Below are positions 47,994 to 59,455 of a stretch of 64,000 nucleotides of DNA, in pieces. Source of the DNA: a virus (lineage: Duplodnaviria > Caudoviricetes); IMG/VR virus record IMGVR_UViG_3300047157_000041, positions 2,184 through 66,183 of that record; one strand, given 5' to 3'. The notes beneath the pieces were generated by a model that had not been told where the DNA came from, did not search any database, and was given only the letters and a program-made list of their open reading frames with translations. The translations under genes and the position numbers were made by a program. How positions within the stretch are numbered: the stretch's first letter is position 1; every line of letters begins with the position of its first letter.

Positions 47994-50900
47994 ATGGCAT
48001 TAAAATTTTTAAATAACGGATATTTCGCCGGCAAGGTAGGTATTGGAACAGAAAGCCCAAATCAACTTCTTGAATTAAAGAAAACTTCAGGTACTGTAAC
48101 CGCAAGACTACACGCTGATCACGATTCATCACCAGCAACAGGTATAGAGTTTATGAGAGGTCTAAGTGATACTTGGGGTGGAGATGCTTATACTGATTGG
48201 AAAATAGGAAGCGGTAGTTCAAGCGACGCTGATTTTGCGATTACATCAAAAGATACTACTCGTGGTGAAAACGAAAGAGTTACTATTGAGTATGACACTG
48301 GCAACGTTGGTATTGGGACTTCTAGTCCTAACCAAAAATTACAAGTTGGCGGTAACCTACACGTTTACGATGAAGAAGGAGATACTGATGCTGCAATTTT
48401 CATAAGCACAGGTACTTCGAACGTAACAACTGTTTCAATAAGGTCAAACGGTATTTCTTATCTCAACGGCGGTAACGTCGGGATCGGGACTACTAGTCCT
48501 GGTGTACCTCTTGATGTTACAGGAGTTATACGAACTACTACTAGCTTTGTTGGTAATGCTTCTATTGTTAACCAAGTTACTGCTGCCACTTCTAGTGGTA
48601 GTATAAAATTTAAAAACCACTCTGGCGTAGACAGAGCTATTATTACAGACGCGGGCAATGTCGGGATCGGGACTACTAGTCCCCGGCTTTGCTTCACTTA
48701 TCAAGCACGTCACCTTCTATTTACATTGAAGATACTGATGCTACTAATACATACAATATTACAAGAATTTCAAATGCTGGAGGCATTTTAAGTGTTGACA
48801 CAAGAAGAAGTTCAGATGGTGGTTTTGTTTCAACAGATTATCAAATTGTTAAAAACGCATTAGGCGCTACTTACCAAGGTGGTTTACTCAAGGTTCTGAA
48901 AGAATGCGTATAGATTCTAGCGGCAACGTTGGGATCGGAACGACTAATCCTGGGGCTAAACTAGAGATATCTCATAGTGGCACAAATAATGGTTTGTTAT
49001 TAGAAAACACTCTTAATTCTAGTAATTATCAAATAGCTTTAAATATAAGAGAAAATGAAGGTTTAATATTTCAAAGATGGATTGCAGGTGCATTTAATGG
49101 TAACTTAATGCGAATAGGTTATACTGGCGCAATAAAATTTGATGCTTACGACTCTACAAACCAAACAGGTACTCCAACTTATTTACTAGGTACAGACGGC
49201 TCTGGAAACGTAGTTAAAACTTTATCTACACCAGGTGGAGATCCTGGTCCTTACTTACCACTAGCTGGTGGTACTATGACTGGTGATATTAATTTTAACG
49301 ACAATGTTTACGCTAGATTCGGTAATCAGCCAGATTTTGAAATAGGACACGATACAAATAATAGTTACATAAATCATACTGGTGTTGGAAATTTAATTAT
49401 ACAAAACACTGAAGATAATGCTGATATTATATTTAAATCAGATAATGGATCTGGCGGGGTTGAAAACTATATACAAATTGATGGTAGTGAAGGAAGAACA
49501 ACATTTAATAAAAATATAAGATTAAATGATAATGTTCAAGCGCAATTTGGTTCATCGGCAGATTTACAAATATATCACGATGGCACAGGTAGTTATATAG
49601 AACAAAAAACTGGCCACATGTATATTATGCAAAGAGCAAATGATAAAGGTCTTTATTTTCAAGCAGATAATGGCTCTGGTGGTGATGCTACATATTTTAC
49701 AGTTGATGGTGCTAATGAGGTTACATCTTTTCAAAAAGATAGTAAGCACGAAGATAATATTAAGGCTTATTTTGGTAATGCTTCTGATTTATCAATTTAT
49801 CACAACAGTAGTAATGATAGAGGTTATATTTATAACGCAACAGGAGATTTATATATAGAAAATGATGCAACTGATGGTAATATTAAATTTTTCTCTGATA
49901 ATGGTTCTGGAGGTACAACTGCATATTTTCAAGTAGATGGTGCAAATCATAGAGTAAAATTTAGTAAAAACTCAGTACATACTGATAATGTAAAAGCGCT
50001 TTTTGGAGATTCTTTAGATTTACAAATATATCACGATGGAAGTAATAGTTATATTAATGACACAGACACAGGAGACTTGTATATACAAGCTTCTGACAAT
50101 ATGTATTTCCAAACTTATGGTTCTGGAAAAAGATGGATTACACTAAATGAAAATGCTAGTGTTGATTTATTTTATAACGACTCTAAAAAGTTTGAAACCA
50201 CAAACACAGGTGTTACTGTAACAGGCGCTGTTACCGCAACAACTTTCTTAGGTGATTTAAACGGTACAATAAATACAGCAACCACAGCTGTAACAAAAGC
50301 AAATGCAACAAACGACACCACGGTAGCCACTACAGCTTTTGTACAAAACTTAATAGGTACAATACCTGCGGGTTTAGTATTTCAAGGTACATGGAACGCA
50401 TCTACAAACACACCAACCCTTACAAGTGGATCTGGTACAACAGGTCATTTCTATATAGTATCAACAGATGGTTCAACTAACTTAGACGGTATCACTGACT
50501 GGAAAGTTGGTGACTGGGCTGTATTTGTAGAACAAGGTGCTAGTGACCAGTGGGAGAAGGTGGATAACTCTTCGGTGTTGGATGGATCTGGTACAGGAGA
50601 AGCATTACCTTTATGGTCAGGATCTGGTACCTCAAATACATTAACTAATAGCCATATAACACAAAGCACCTCGCTTGCTAATGATATTATTATACCTCAA
50701 TACATAAGACACACTGGCGACACAAATACTTTTTTTGGATTTTCGCAGCCTGATAATTTTATTATTAACACAAATAATGCTAGCGCTCTTACAATAAATA
50801 GTGCGCAAAACGCAACTTTTGCAGGTACTGTAAATGTTGATTCTGATTTCAAAGTTAGAGGCTCATCAGGCGAAGATCATTTTGTTATTGCGCCACAAGC

Positions 50901-52599
50901 TGCGGGAACTGGTACATATTTAATTTCTTACAATGGTGCTGAAACAGGTTATGAGCCACTTAGAATAGATGCAGAATCTTACAATTTTACAAACGCAGGC
51001 ACAAGTGTAATTTCAACAAGTGGACTTAATACAACTTTTGCAGGAGATGTTTTACTAAGTAGTAGTAAAGTATTATATACAAACGCTGTACAAGCAGTCT
51101 CTAGCGCGGGATTAAAATTAGGAAACGACAATAATAGTGGATATGTATTTATAAAAGATTCTGGTGAAGTTAATATTGGTACAGAATCACCTTCTTATAA
51201 TACTAATTATGGAACAGGAGATTTAAATGTTGAAAATGATATTTTTGCTTCTGCTCAAATCTTTACACATAATGATACAGCTGGTAATTTTTCATTTTTA
51301 GGATTAGGAAAATCTAGCGGTACAGGAGCATCACCTACAGTAGTACAAGCTAATGAAAGAATTGCAGTCTTAGGCTTTTATGGTTACGATGGTGCTGCTT
51401 ATAAAAGACTTGCAAGTATAGACGCTTATGTAGACGGAACTCCCGGGACAAATGATATGCCTGGAAAATTATTATTTAATACTACTTCTGATGGTTCTTC
51501 TTCACCTACAACAAGATTAACTATAGGAGCTGATGGTAACGCAACTTTTACAGGTTCAATAAGTTCTGGTGCTATTACATCTACTTCAGCAGTAACTGGA
51601 ACAAGACTAGTTGCTAATGGAACAGGAAACGCAATAGAATTAAACCAATCGTCTACAGGTTCTGCTACATATTATGTGATGGATAACACCGTAGAAACTG
51701 GTGGTAAAAGATATAGGTTTGGATATTCAGGAGGTTCATCGGATAAAGGTTCATTTAGCATATACAATCAAACTGATTCTATTATGCCATTACTTTTATC
51801 AGGTGCTAACGCAACTTTTGCAGGAGATGTTTTAGTAGAAGATAATTTATATTTAACAGACGCTGGAACTGTAAGAGGCAAAATACAGTTAAACGCAAGT
51901 GACAGAGATGACTTAGATATTAAAGCAGTTTCATTAGGTAGTAATATGAAATTCTTTACTGTTGATACAGAAAGAATGCGTATCAATGCTTCAGGTAACG
52001 TCGGGATCGGTGATCCTTCACCAACTTCTATATCAGCAAACACGTTTAGCCTATCTGTAAATTCATCAAGAAATGATTTGTCGGGTGCATTAATAAGTAA
52101 AGCTAATGGAACTGTAAAACATCAGCAATATTGGGATTCAAGTGGATATAGTTTTAACCTTAGTGCAGGAGCTTTTCAATTCAACGGTGGCAACGTCGGT
52201 ATCGGGACTACTAGTCCTAGCTATAAACTTGATGTAAATGGTGGTATACAAGCTGGTGGTTTAGTTACATATAGTAAAGTAGCTGGTAGTTTAAATACAA
52301 CAGGATACGCAGTGGCTGGGTTAATAGCTGGATTTAATGGTGCTTCTGCAGGATTTGAATTTAAATGTTATGGAGGTAATTCAAAATATCAAAGAGTAGT
52401 ATATAGTTGCCATTGTAGCGGTACAACTTGGGTTCCTGGTAAAGTTATAGATGAAGGAACTAATGACTTAGATGTAGTTGCTTCAGCTAATGGCGCTACT
52501 ATTACATTTACGTTTAAAGCGAGATCTTCAACACAACACTTTAGCCCAAGAATTGTAGTACAAGCAACTGGTCATTCAATTAATTCAACTTACGCATAA
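47994..52599 (+). CDS. Long modular tail fibre 1 (~1,530 aa; apparent frameshifts at ~48685 and ~48880)
   Basis: ORFs 47994-48791, 48689-48913 and 48904-52599 chain into continuous GNVGIGTTSP, DLQIYHDG and NATFAG modules. Confidence 0.75.
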
Positions 52600-52602
52600 G
52601 AC

Positions 52603-55600
52603 ATGGCAGAAATTAAAAAAATAAGTACAGAGTTACAATTACTAGATAAGTTTTTAGATACAAGTGGAGACGCTGGAACATCAGGTCAGATTTTAAGTTC
52701 TACCGGTACAGGTATAAATTGGGTTAGTGGCTCAGCTATACCAGGTGTGCCAAGTGGATCAGGTACTTTAAATACAATTCCTTTGTGGACGCCAGATGGT
52801 GATACATTAGGTAATAGTATAATTACTCAACCTAGCACTGGTGTTGTTAGAGTATCTGGTAGTAGTGTTTATTTTAGTGTTACAGACACTAGCGCAGCAG
52901 CTAGAAATATAGACATAGGCCATTGGGTTGCAGGCCAAACCAATATAGAGTCTGTTGGTGGAATATTATCTATTGGAACACAATCAAATCACGATATTGT
53001 TTTTGAAACAAACGGAAGCACTAAAGCTACTATTTTATCAGGCGGCAACGTCGGGATCGGGACGACTAGTCCAACAGCTAAACTAGACGTTAATGGTGAA
53101 ATTAAAGGAGCCTCTTTTTCAGGTCCTGGTCAAGGATTAAGTAATTTATTATCTTTAGGTGCTTATCAAGGAAGCCCTGCTGTAGGTATTTTGATAGCAA
53201 CAAATATAGTAACTAATAATTATAGTTTTATATTTGGTACTATAAAAATAGAGCAATTTAATTTTACAAGCAAACAAACAATAGAGTTTTCTGCTACAAC
53301 AAATAACAATGGTACATTAATAACAAAAGATGCTACGTCTGACGTAGCTATAACTTTTAAATTGTTTAACTATTCTGGCAAATGGTACCTTTGGTTTCCT
53401 ATGCCAAGTACATATTCAACATGCACTGCTTTTGTTAATACAGGCGCTGGTTACCAAGGTCAATCTAAAGGATTTAACGAAGTGTCAACAGTTACAGTAT
53501 CGGCTGTACCTAGTTCAGGTGTAACAAATTCTTATGATATTACACCAAAAGTTTATTTAACTACATCAACACCTGGCGGTAACTTACCAGGCGGTCCTTA
53601 CTTACCACTAACTGGCGGAACATTAAGCGGTCCTGGAAATTTAACAATTGAAGGTACATTAACTGGAACAACAGCTTCTTTTAATTCAGGAGCAACTAAT
53701 GTTGTGGCAAGTTTTACAAGTACAGATGGTATAGCAGGAATAAAATTGCAGGATTCAGGTGGCAACGTAGAGCTTTCCGCTTCTGGCAATACTTTTCAAG
53801 TGCAGCCAGCGGGTGGTAGTGCGGCATTATCTGTTACCTCTACTACTGCAACTTTTACAGGTGATGTTGGAATTGGAACGACTTCGCCTTTAAGTAAATT
53901 TGATTTAAGAGGAACTGCTTATGTTACAGGATATGCCGTAGGGTTTGATACATCACCACAAGGTAATTACGCTTATAGATTAACAAATGATGGTGCTAAT
54001 AGTTTTATAAATGTATTAGGAGGAAACGTCGGGATCGGGACTACGAGTCCTTTGTTTAAATTGCAAACAAACGCTACTATTACGGGTGGTTGGTTAGGTT
54101 ATTTAAACGGAACTTCTGCAACTTTTGGTACTAATAACTTTAGCGCGGTACACAACTCAACAGCAATAGGTACCGGAACAGAAAGTGGAATTAATTTAGC
54201 AAACAATGCTTCAGACGTCGGAGCGCCATCCCCAATAATATCTTTTTCAGCTAAATCAGCATCAGGAAGTTATCAACACGCTTACGCAGCTATATATGGA
54301 ATTAAGACAGCTACAGGTGCCGACACTAACTGGAATAAAGGTGATTTAGTTTTTGCCACAGGTTCAAGTACTGGACCTAATGAAAGAATACGTGTTACAA
54401 GCGCGGGCAACGTCGGGATTGGGGTGACTAATCCTGGAATAAAATTACAAGTATTATCCGCAAGCGAACAGTTAACTAATTTTTCAAGTTCAGTAGCAGA
54501 TCAACTTGCATATTCTCAAATAAACGCAAGTTCAAGCACTACTGGTACAATTACAGCAGCGGCAGCTTTAGAGCTAGTTGGCCAGGCTAATGCATCAGGT
54601 CACGGAAGACACGCTTGGATTGGCGCGGAAGGAACACCTAATACGACTTTTGAAACAAAATTAAAATTCAAAATAAGAGGAGCTGCAGGTGGCTATGATT
54701 GGTCAGGATCTGCCGAAGCACCTACTATTATGACTTTAGAAGGTACCGGCAACGTAGGGATCGGGACAACTAGTCCAAATCAAAGCGCTGCGGCAAGTTC
54801 ATCTACAGTGGTATCAACAAAAGCTAAAACAAGCGGCGGAGTTGCTATAACAGAATTAATTGGTTTAGCAAACAATAATAACGATAAAGTTGGTTTAATA
54901 TCATTTATTAGCCAAAATGCAACCTCAGCTTTAGCTAGCATAAGAGGTTTGAGATATACTAGTGATACTACTGGTAAATTAGCTTTCTTTACTAGTGGTG
55001 CAGAAAAAATGAGAATTGACTATAACGGCAACGTAGGAGTCGGGGTTACAGGGCCTGTAGCACCATTAGATGTGTTTGGAGCTGCTGTTCAAAATGGATC
55101 AACGCCAGGCATAAAATTATCTAGTAGTAATACTCAACAAACTGTTTTTGCTATTGGTAATACAGGCACTAGACAATATGAATTAGCAGTCGGAGGTACA
55201 ACATCAAGCGTACCAGGCGCCTTTTACATTTATGATAATAACGCTGCAGATTTTAGAATAACTTTAGCAACTTCCGGTAACGTGGGTATAGGGACGACTA
55301 CGCCTGGAGAAAAACTTGAAGTAAATGGTGTTATACAAATAAAAAGAGCTGGTGATCATCCAGCTATAAGATTTGTAGAAAATACAACAACAAGAGGTTA
55401 TATAGGAACAGGTGATTGGGCTATAAACGGCTTACAAGATGCTGATTTAGGTATATCATCAGCGAGTACAGGTTCTTTAGTTCTAGGAACAAATTCAGGA
55501 AATGGACGTGTTTATATTGTAAACGGCGGCAACGTCGGGATTGGTACGACTAGTCCTACAAATAAGTTACATATTCAAGGAAGTCAAACCACGGTTTACA

Positions 55601-56319
55601 GTCCAACTGATTCAGGTGGTCAAGCCTCTGCGGGTACTACAATAAATAATACAAACACGGCTGGTAATACTAATAATTTCTCTCAACTACTTTTTACTGT
55701 AGGTACTAATAATAATTCTGTAAGTAGAATAGTAGCTATAAGATCAGGTAGTGATGCTAGTGATTTGGCTTTTGTTGGAAAAAGCGCCGCTGGTGTTGCA
55801 GAATACATGCGTATAAAATCTGGTGGTAATGTAGGAATTGGGACGGATGCTCCTTTAGGTAAATTAGATGTTTCTGGTACTTTAGTTATGAGTGTTGGTA
55901 CTACCGCAAGGTTTAAAACATTTTACTCGGGTGGTTTTACTTTTATAAATGGAGGGGTTAGTGGAAATGATATTTACTTTGGAGCACCCACATCATATAC
56001 ACAAAATATACGGGTTCAAGGTACGGGGATATTTAATAGTACAGTTACTGCTACAAACTTTATATTATCTTCTGATAAAACATTAAAAGAAAATGTAAAA
56101 GATATAGATACTAAACACATTGATGTTAACTGGAAAAACTTTGAATTAAAATCTGAACCAGGAGTAAAACGATCTGGTGTTATAGCGCAAGAGCTAGAAA
56201 AGAAACACCCAGAGTTTGTAAGAACAAATGAAGATGGTTTAAAGTCTGTAGCTTATATAGATTTACTAATAGCTAAAATTGCTGAGTTAGAAGCAAGGTT
56301 AGAAAAAGCAGGAATATAA
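52603..56319 (+). CDS. Long modular tail fibre 2 with C-terminal intramolecular chaperone (peptidase S74-like)
   Basis: Nine GNVGIG-type modules. The C-terminus reads SDKTLKENV...GVIAQELE...PEFV...KSVAY followed by a coiled coil. Confidence 0.85.
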   Translation: MAEIKKISTELQLLDKFLDTSGDAGTSGQILSSTGTGINWVSGSAIPGVPSGSGTLNTIPLWTPDGDTLGNSIITQPSTGVVRVSGSSVYFSVTDTSAAARNIDIGHWVAGQTNIESVGGILSIGTQSNHDIVFETNGSTKATILSGGNVGIGTTSPTAKLDVNGEIKGASFSGPGQGLSNLLSLGAYQGSPAVGILIATNIVTNNYSFIFGTIKIEQFNFTSKQTIEFSATTNNNGTLITKDATSDVAITFKLFNYSGKWYLWFPMPSTYSTCTAFVNTGAGYQGQSKGFNEVSTVTVSAVPSSGVTNSYDITPKVYLTTSTPGGNLPGGPYLPLTGGTLSGPGNLTIEGTLTGTTASFNSGATNVVASFTSTDGIAGIKLQDSGGNVELSASGNTFQVQPAGGSAALSVTSTTATFTGDVGIGTTSPLSKFDLRGTAYVTGYAVGFDTSPQGNYAYRLTNDGANSFINVLGGNVGIGTTSPLFKLQTNATITGGWLGYLNGTSATFGTNNFSAVHNSTAIGTGTESGINLANNASDVGAPSPIISFSAKSASGSYQHAYAAIYGIKTATGADTNWNKGDLVFATGSSTGPNERIRVTSAGNVGIGVTNPGIKLQVLSASEQLTNFSSSVADQLAYSQINASSSTTGTITAAAALELVGQANASGHGRHAWIGAEGTPNTTFETKLKFKIRGAAGGYDWSGSAEAPTIMTLEGTGNVGIGTTSPNQSAAASSSTVVSTKAKTSGGVAITELIGLANNNNDKVGLISFISQNATSALASIRGLRYTSDTTGKLAFFTSGAEKMRIDYNGNVGVGVTGPVAPLDVFGAAVQNGSTPGIKLSSSNTQQTVFAIGNTGTRQYELAVGGTTSSVPGAFYIYDNNAADFRITLATSGNVGIGTTTPGEKLEVNGVIQIKRAGDHPAIRFVENTTTRGYIGTGDWAINGLQDADLGISSASTGSLVLGTNSGNGRVYIVNGGNVGIGTTSPTNKLHIQGSQTTVYSPTDSGGQASAGTTINNTNTAGNTNNFSQLLFTVGTNNNSVSRIVAIRSGSDASDLAFVGKSAAGVAEYMRIKSGGNVGIGTDAPLGKLDVSGTLVMSVGTTARFKTFYSGGFTFINGGVSGNDIYFGAPTSYTQNIRVQGTGIFNSTVTATNFILSSDKTLKENVKDIDTKHIDVNWKNFELKSEPGVKRSGVIAQELEKKHPEFVRTNEDGLKSVAYIDLLIAKIAELEARLEKAGI

Positions 56320-56756
56320 TGGGCGTACCGAATACTACAACTTTTGAACTACAAGACGTTGTTAATGAAATAAATCCAACAACAGATGATTTAGTCGATT
56401 GTTTTAATGATGCTAATGCTAATTACTTTGATTCATCATACGAAGGCAGTAAAAATCAATTGCTTAACTTCAGAAATTATGGATCGCAAAATGCTTTGAC
56501 ATCTTTCAGCGGAAGTAGTGGACAAAATGACTTTAAGTTCCTTTGCAGTCAAACCACGGGAACTTCTTATTGGCATAATGGCTCAGGCTCAACACCCGTG
56601 GTGGGAGATATAGTATATACTAATGCGACAGGAACAACCGCGTTTACTTCTGGTACATGGATGTTAACTACTTATCCTGGTGGGCGGTACTTAAATTTTA
56701 ACGGAACAGGAAATCAAGGGGAAATTACCGGCCTAGGGTTCTGTAGTCCTCCATGA
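56319..56756 (+). CDS. Tail-associated protein
   Basis: 145 aa, coupled to fibre 2, with an LLNFRNY motif and a small beta domain. Confidence 0.5.
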   Translation: MGVPNTTTFELQDVVNEINPTTDDLVDCFNDANANYFDSSYEGSKNQLLNFRNYGSQNALTSFSGSSGQNDFKFLCSQTTGTSYWHNGSGSTPVVGDIVYTNATGTTAFTSGTWMLTTYPGGRYLNFNGTGNQGEITGLGFCSPP

Positions 56757-56780
56757 TAAATAAATAAATAAATAAATAAA
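56757..56780. repeat. (TAAA)6 microsatellite
   Basis: Tandem TAAA directly after the stop codon. Confidence 0.8.
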
Positions 56781-56796
56781 TCTTTAAAATTAAAAA

Positions 56797-57198
56797 ATGG
56801 CAATTACTTACAAATGGGACATCCCACAAATGAACGCTCACATTCAAGCAGAAGGTGAAGACAATGTAATCTACACAGTGCATTACAGATACACTGGTTC
56901 TGAAGAATCTGGTGGAGAAACTTACTCATCAACTAATATTGGAACTCAAAGTTATACGTATGTAGCAGGAGATCCTTTTATACCTTACGAAGATACAGAA
57001 GCTTTTGAAAATGTAGTTATCGGATGGTTAGAAAATTCTTTAGATGTATCTGCGATGCAAGCTAGTATAGCCGCGAACATAGAATCTCAAATTACACCAG
57101 TAAACGAGGACCTATACTTTACGTGGCAAAACCCGGTACCACCGGTACCACCGGCACCACCAGTTGAAGAGGAAGAAGAAGTTAACGACGAAGAATAA
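56797..57198 (+). CDS. Hypothetical tail-associated protein
   Basis: 133 aa, acidic, with a P/E-rich tail. Confidence 0.55.
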   Translation: MAITYKWDIPQMNAHIQAEGEDNVIYTVHYRYTGSEESGGETYSSTNIGTQSYTYVAGDPFIPYEDTEAFENVVIGWLENSLDVSAMQASIAANIESQITPVNEDLYFTWQNPVPPVPPAPPVEEEEEVNDEE

Positions 57199-57210
57199 TA
57201 CGTAATAATA
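57199..57210 (+). promoter_or_regulatory. Putative middle/late promoter element TACGTAATAATA
   Basis: Exact copy, intergenic, upstream of the chaperonin operon. Confidence 0.55.
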
Positions 57211-57259
57211 AACCCATACCAAAGAGGTATGAAACCAATGTCAATTAAAACCAAAACCA

Positions 57260-57577
57260 ATGACACTATTTTACCAGACTAGTACGTGGAGTAGTCAACC
57301 ACAACCAACAGAAAAAACCATCGAATCTTGGAAGCATGCGGCAGAGAAGAAAAACTGGAGAATCACACAATTACCAAACGGATTTTTTCAAACAGAAATC
57401 AAAGACATAAATTGTGCTTGCGATCCAGAAAAAGATACTTGCTGCGAAAAGTGGATAGATGTAACCAGGCGAGAAACCCTCGAGGGTGCTGAAAGCGCAA
57501 TTGATGGGTCTGTCGATCATTACCAAAGAAAACTAGATTATATATCTGGACCGAAAGTGGTAAAAACATTTAAATAA
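57260..57577 (+). CDS. Hypothetical protein
   Basis: 105-aa ORF preceding groEL. Confidence 0.6.
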   Translation: MTLFYQTSTWSSQPQPTEKTIESWKHAAEKKNWRITQLPNGFFQTEIKDINCACDPEKDTCCEKWIDVTRRETLEGAESAIDGSVDHYQRKLDYISGPKVVKTFK

Positions 57578-57606
57578 TATATTATACTTAACTAAAATTT
57601 AATAAA

Positions 57607-59211
57607 ATGGAATTTAATTTACCTAGTCAGATTGTTAAAGATCTGAATTTCGGCGATGATGCACGAAATAAAATCATGTCCGGTGTTTCTAAATTATCCG
57701 ACGCAGTGAAGTCCACATTAGGTGCTTCTGGAAAATGCGTTATATACGAAGACGCTATGGGCAGACCGGTAATCACAAAAGATGGTGTAACCGTTGCGGA
57801 AAGCGTAGTCTTAATGGACCCGGTCGAAAATATAGGAGCTACTTTAATAAAAGAAGCTGCTAGTAATACAGTGAAAGAAGCAGGTGACGGTACCACTACG
57901 GCTATCGTCCTTGCTCAATCACTATTAAATAAACTAAACGAATACGATGGCGAAGAATCAATTAGATATATTAAAGAAGGAGTTGCGGGATGTGCTAAAG
58001 AGATTATGGACTATCTTGATACTACCTCCACTGAGGTTAAAGGTGAAATGCTTAGTCAAGTTGCATATATTAGCTGTAACAATGACCAAGAACTTGGAGA
58101 CAAGATTGGAGAAGCATATGAAAAAGTTGGACGAAACGGAGTCGTATTAATGGAAGATTCCCCTACAAATGAAACTTATGTTGAGTTTGTTGAGGGCACA
58201 CAATTTAATTCAGGCATTAAATCACCACACTTAATAACAGATAAAGAAAAAGGTACAGCAGTATTAGAAAATCCTTATGTGTTAATAGTAAGTTCAGCAA
58301 TACCTAATGTAAGAAGAATACAAGGCATATTAGAACACGTTATAAAAAGCAAACGTTCTTTATTGATTGTTGCTCCAGTAGACCAACAACCATATGCCAC
58401 ATTACTTGCTAATAAAGTTAAGGGCAATATAAAAGTAAATATTGTAGATTTACCGGGGTTTGGACCAACTAAAGAAGATGCTATAGAAGATTTAGCTATC
58501 CTGACTGGCGCTACGGCTGTTAACGAGGAGTTAGGCGATGATTTAGACTTAATAGATGTAAATGTATTAGGTGAAGTCGTTAAGTCCGTTACAGACGATA
58601 AAAACACTACGCTGCAAATTAATGAAGTTACAGAACCTGTAGCTGAAAGAATTAAAGACGTAGAAAGAAAAATAGAAAAAGAAAAAAACGGCTGGATTAA
58701 AAAGAAGCTACAAGAAAGATTATCGATGCTTACTGGAAAAGTTGGTGTAATTTATATTGGTGCGGATTCAGAGGTTGAACTTAAAGAAAAGAAAGATAGA
58801 GTTGATGATGCATTGCATGCAACTAAAGCTGCATTAGCAGAGGGCATTGTGCCAGGCGGTGGTGTTGCTTTACTTAACGCTTCACAGACTATAGTAAAAC
58901 AAGATGAAGGTTACGATATATTATTAAGTGCTATAACAGCACCTTACCATACTATATTAAAAAACGCTGGATTTGATGATGCTTTAAACCCTAAAGAATA
59001 TGTCGAAAGTAATAAAGACATAAATGATAGAGACTGGGCAGGTGTTGGTATTGATGCCACTTGCGGATGTTATAAGAATATGATTGATAGTGGAATTATA
59101 GATCCAGTATTAGTAACGAAAGCAGCTTTAAAAAATGCAATAAGTGTAGCGACTACAATTGTATCGGCTGATTGTATAATCTCAAACGTAAGAACTCTTG
59201 AAAGCAATTAA
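57607..59211 (+). CDS. groEL: Chaperonin GroEL (Cpn60)
   Basis: ITKDGVTVA, AGDGTTTA, KDRVDDAL.AT.AA, GIVPGGG and GIIDP motifs. No GGM tail. Confidence 0.95.
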   Translation: MEFNLPSQIVKDLNFGDDARNKIMSGVSKLSDAVKSTLGASGKCVIYEDAMGRPVITKDGVTVAESVVLMDPVENIGATLIKEAASNTVKEAGDGTTTAIVLAQSLLNKLNEYDGEESIRYIKEGVAGCAKEIMDYLDTTSTEVKGEMLSQVAYISCNNDQELGDKIGEAYEKVGRNGVVLMEDSPTNETYVEFVEGTQFNSGIKSPHLITDKEKGTAVLENPYVLIVSSAIPNVRRIQGILEHVIKSKRSLLIVAPVDQQPYATLLANKVKGNIKVNIVDLPGFGPTKEDAIEDLAILTGATAVNEELGDDLDLIDVNVLGEVVKSVTDDKNTTLQINEVTEPVAERIKDVERKIEKEKNGWIKKKLQERLSMLTGKVGVIYIGADSEVELKEKKDRVDDALHATKAALAEGIVPGGGVALLNASQTIVKQDEGYDILLSAITAPYHTILKNAGFDDALNPKEYVESNKDINDRDWAGVGIDATCGCYKNMIDSGIIDPVLVTKAALKNAISVATTIVSADCIISNVRTLESN

Positions 59212-59455
59212 TTATTACATCGTTATCGATAAAATAAAAGAAGCGCCGAAGACAGTAGGTGGCCTTGAATTAACTGAAAGTCAAAACAAAGACATTAGGT
59301 ACTTAAAGGCGAAAGTCATAAGTTCTGGTGATAAAGTAGATTACATAAAAAAAGATAGTATTATAAGGTACGACAAGCATGCAGGTCATGGTATTGAATG
59401 GGACGATAAGATGTACCATGTTATTACCATCAATGATGTTGTTTTAGTAGAATGA
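59198..59455 (+). CDS. groES: Co-chaperonin GroES (Cpn10)
   Basis: 85 aa, TTG start overlapping groEL, mobile loop KTVGGLEL and AKVIS.G motifs. Confidence 0.85.
   Translation: MKAINYYIVIDKIKEAPKTVGGLELTESQNKDIRYLKAKVISSGDKVDYIKKDSIIRYDKHAGHGIEWDDKMYHVITINDVVLVE

Noticed and set aside
48675..48913. Two frame breaks in tail fibre 1 as phase variation
   Set aside because: Only short runs (CCCC, AAGG) are present, not long slippage tracts. Consistent with the error pattern elsewhere.
47994..56319. Diversity-generating retroelement or invertase shufflon acting on the fibres
   Set aside because: No reverse transcriptase, no TR/VR pair differing at adenines and no recombinase were seen. All junction repeats are direct, not inverted.
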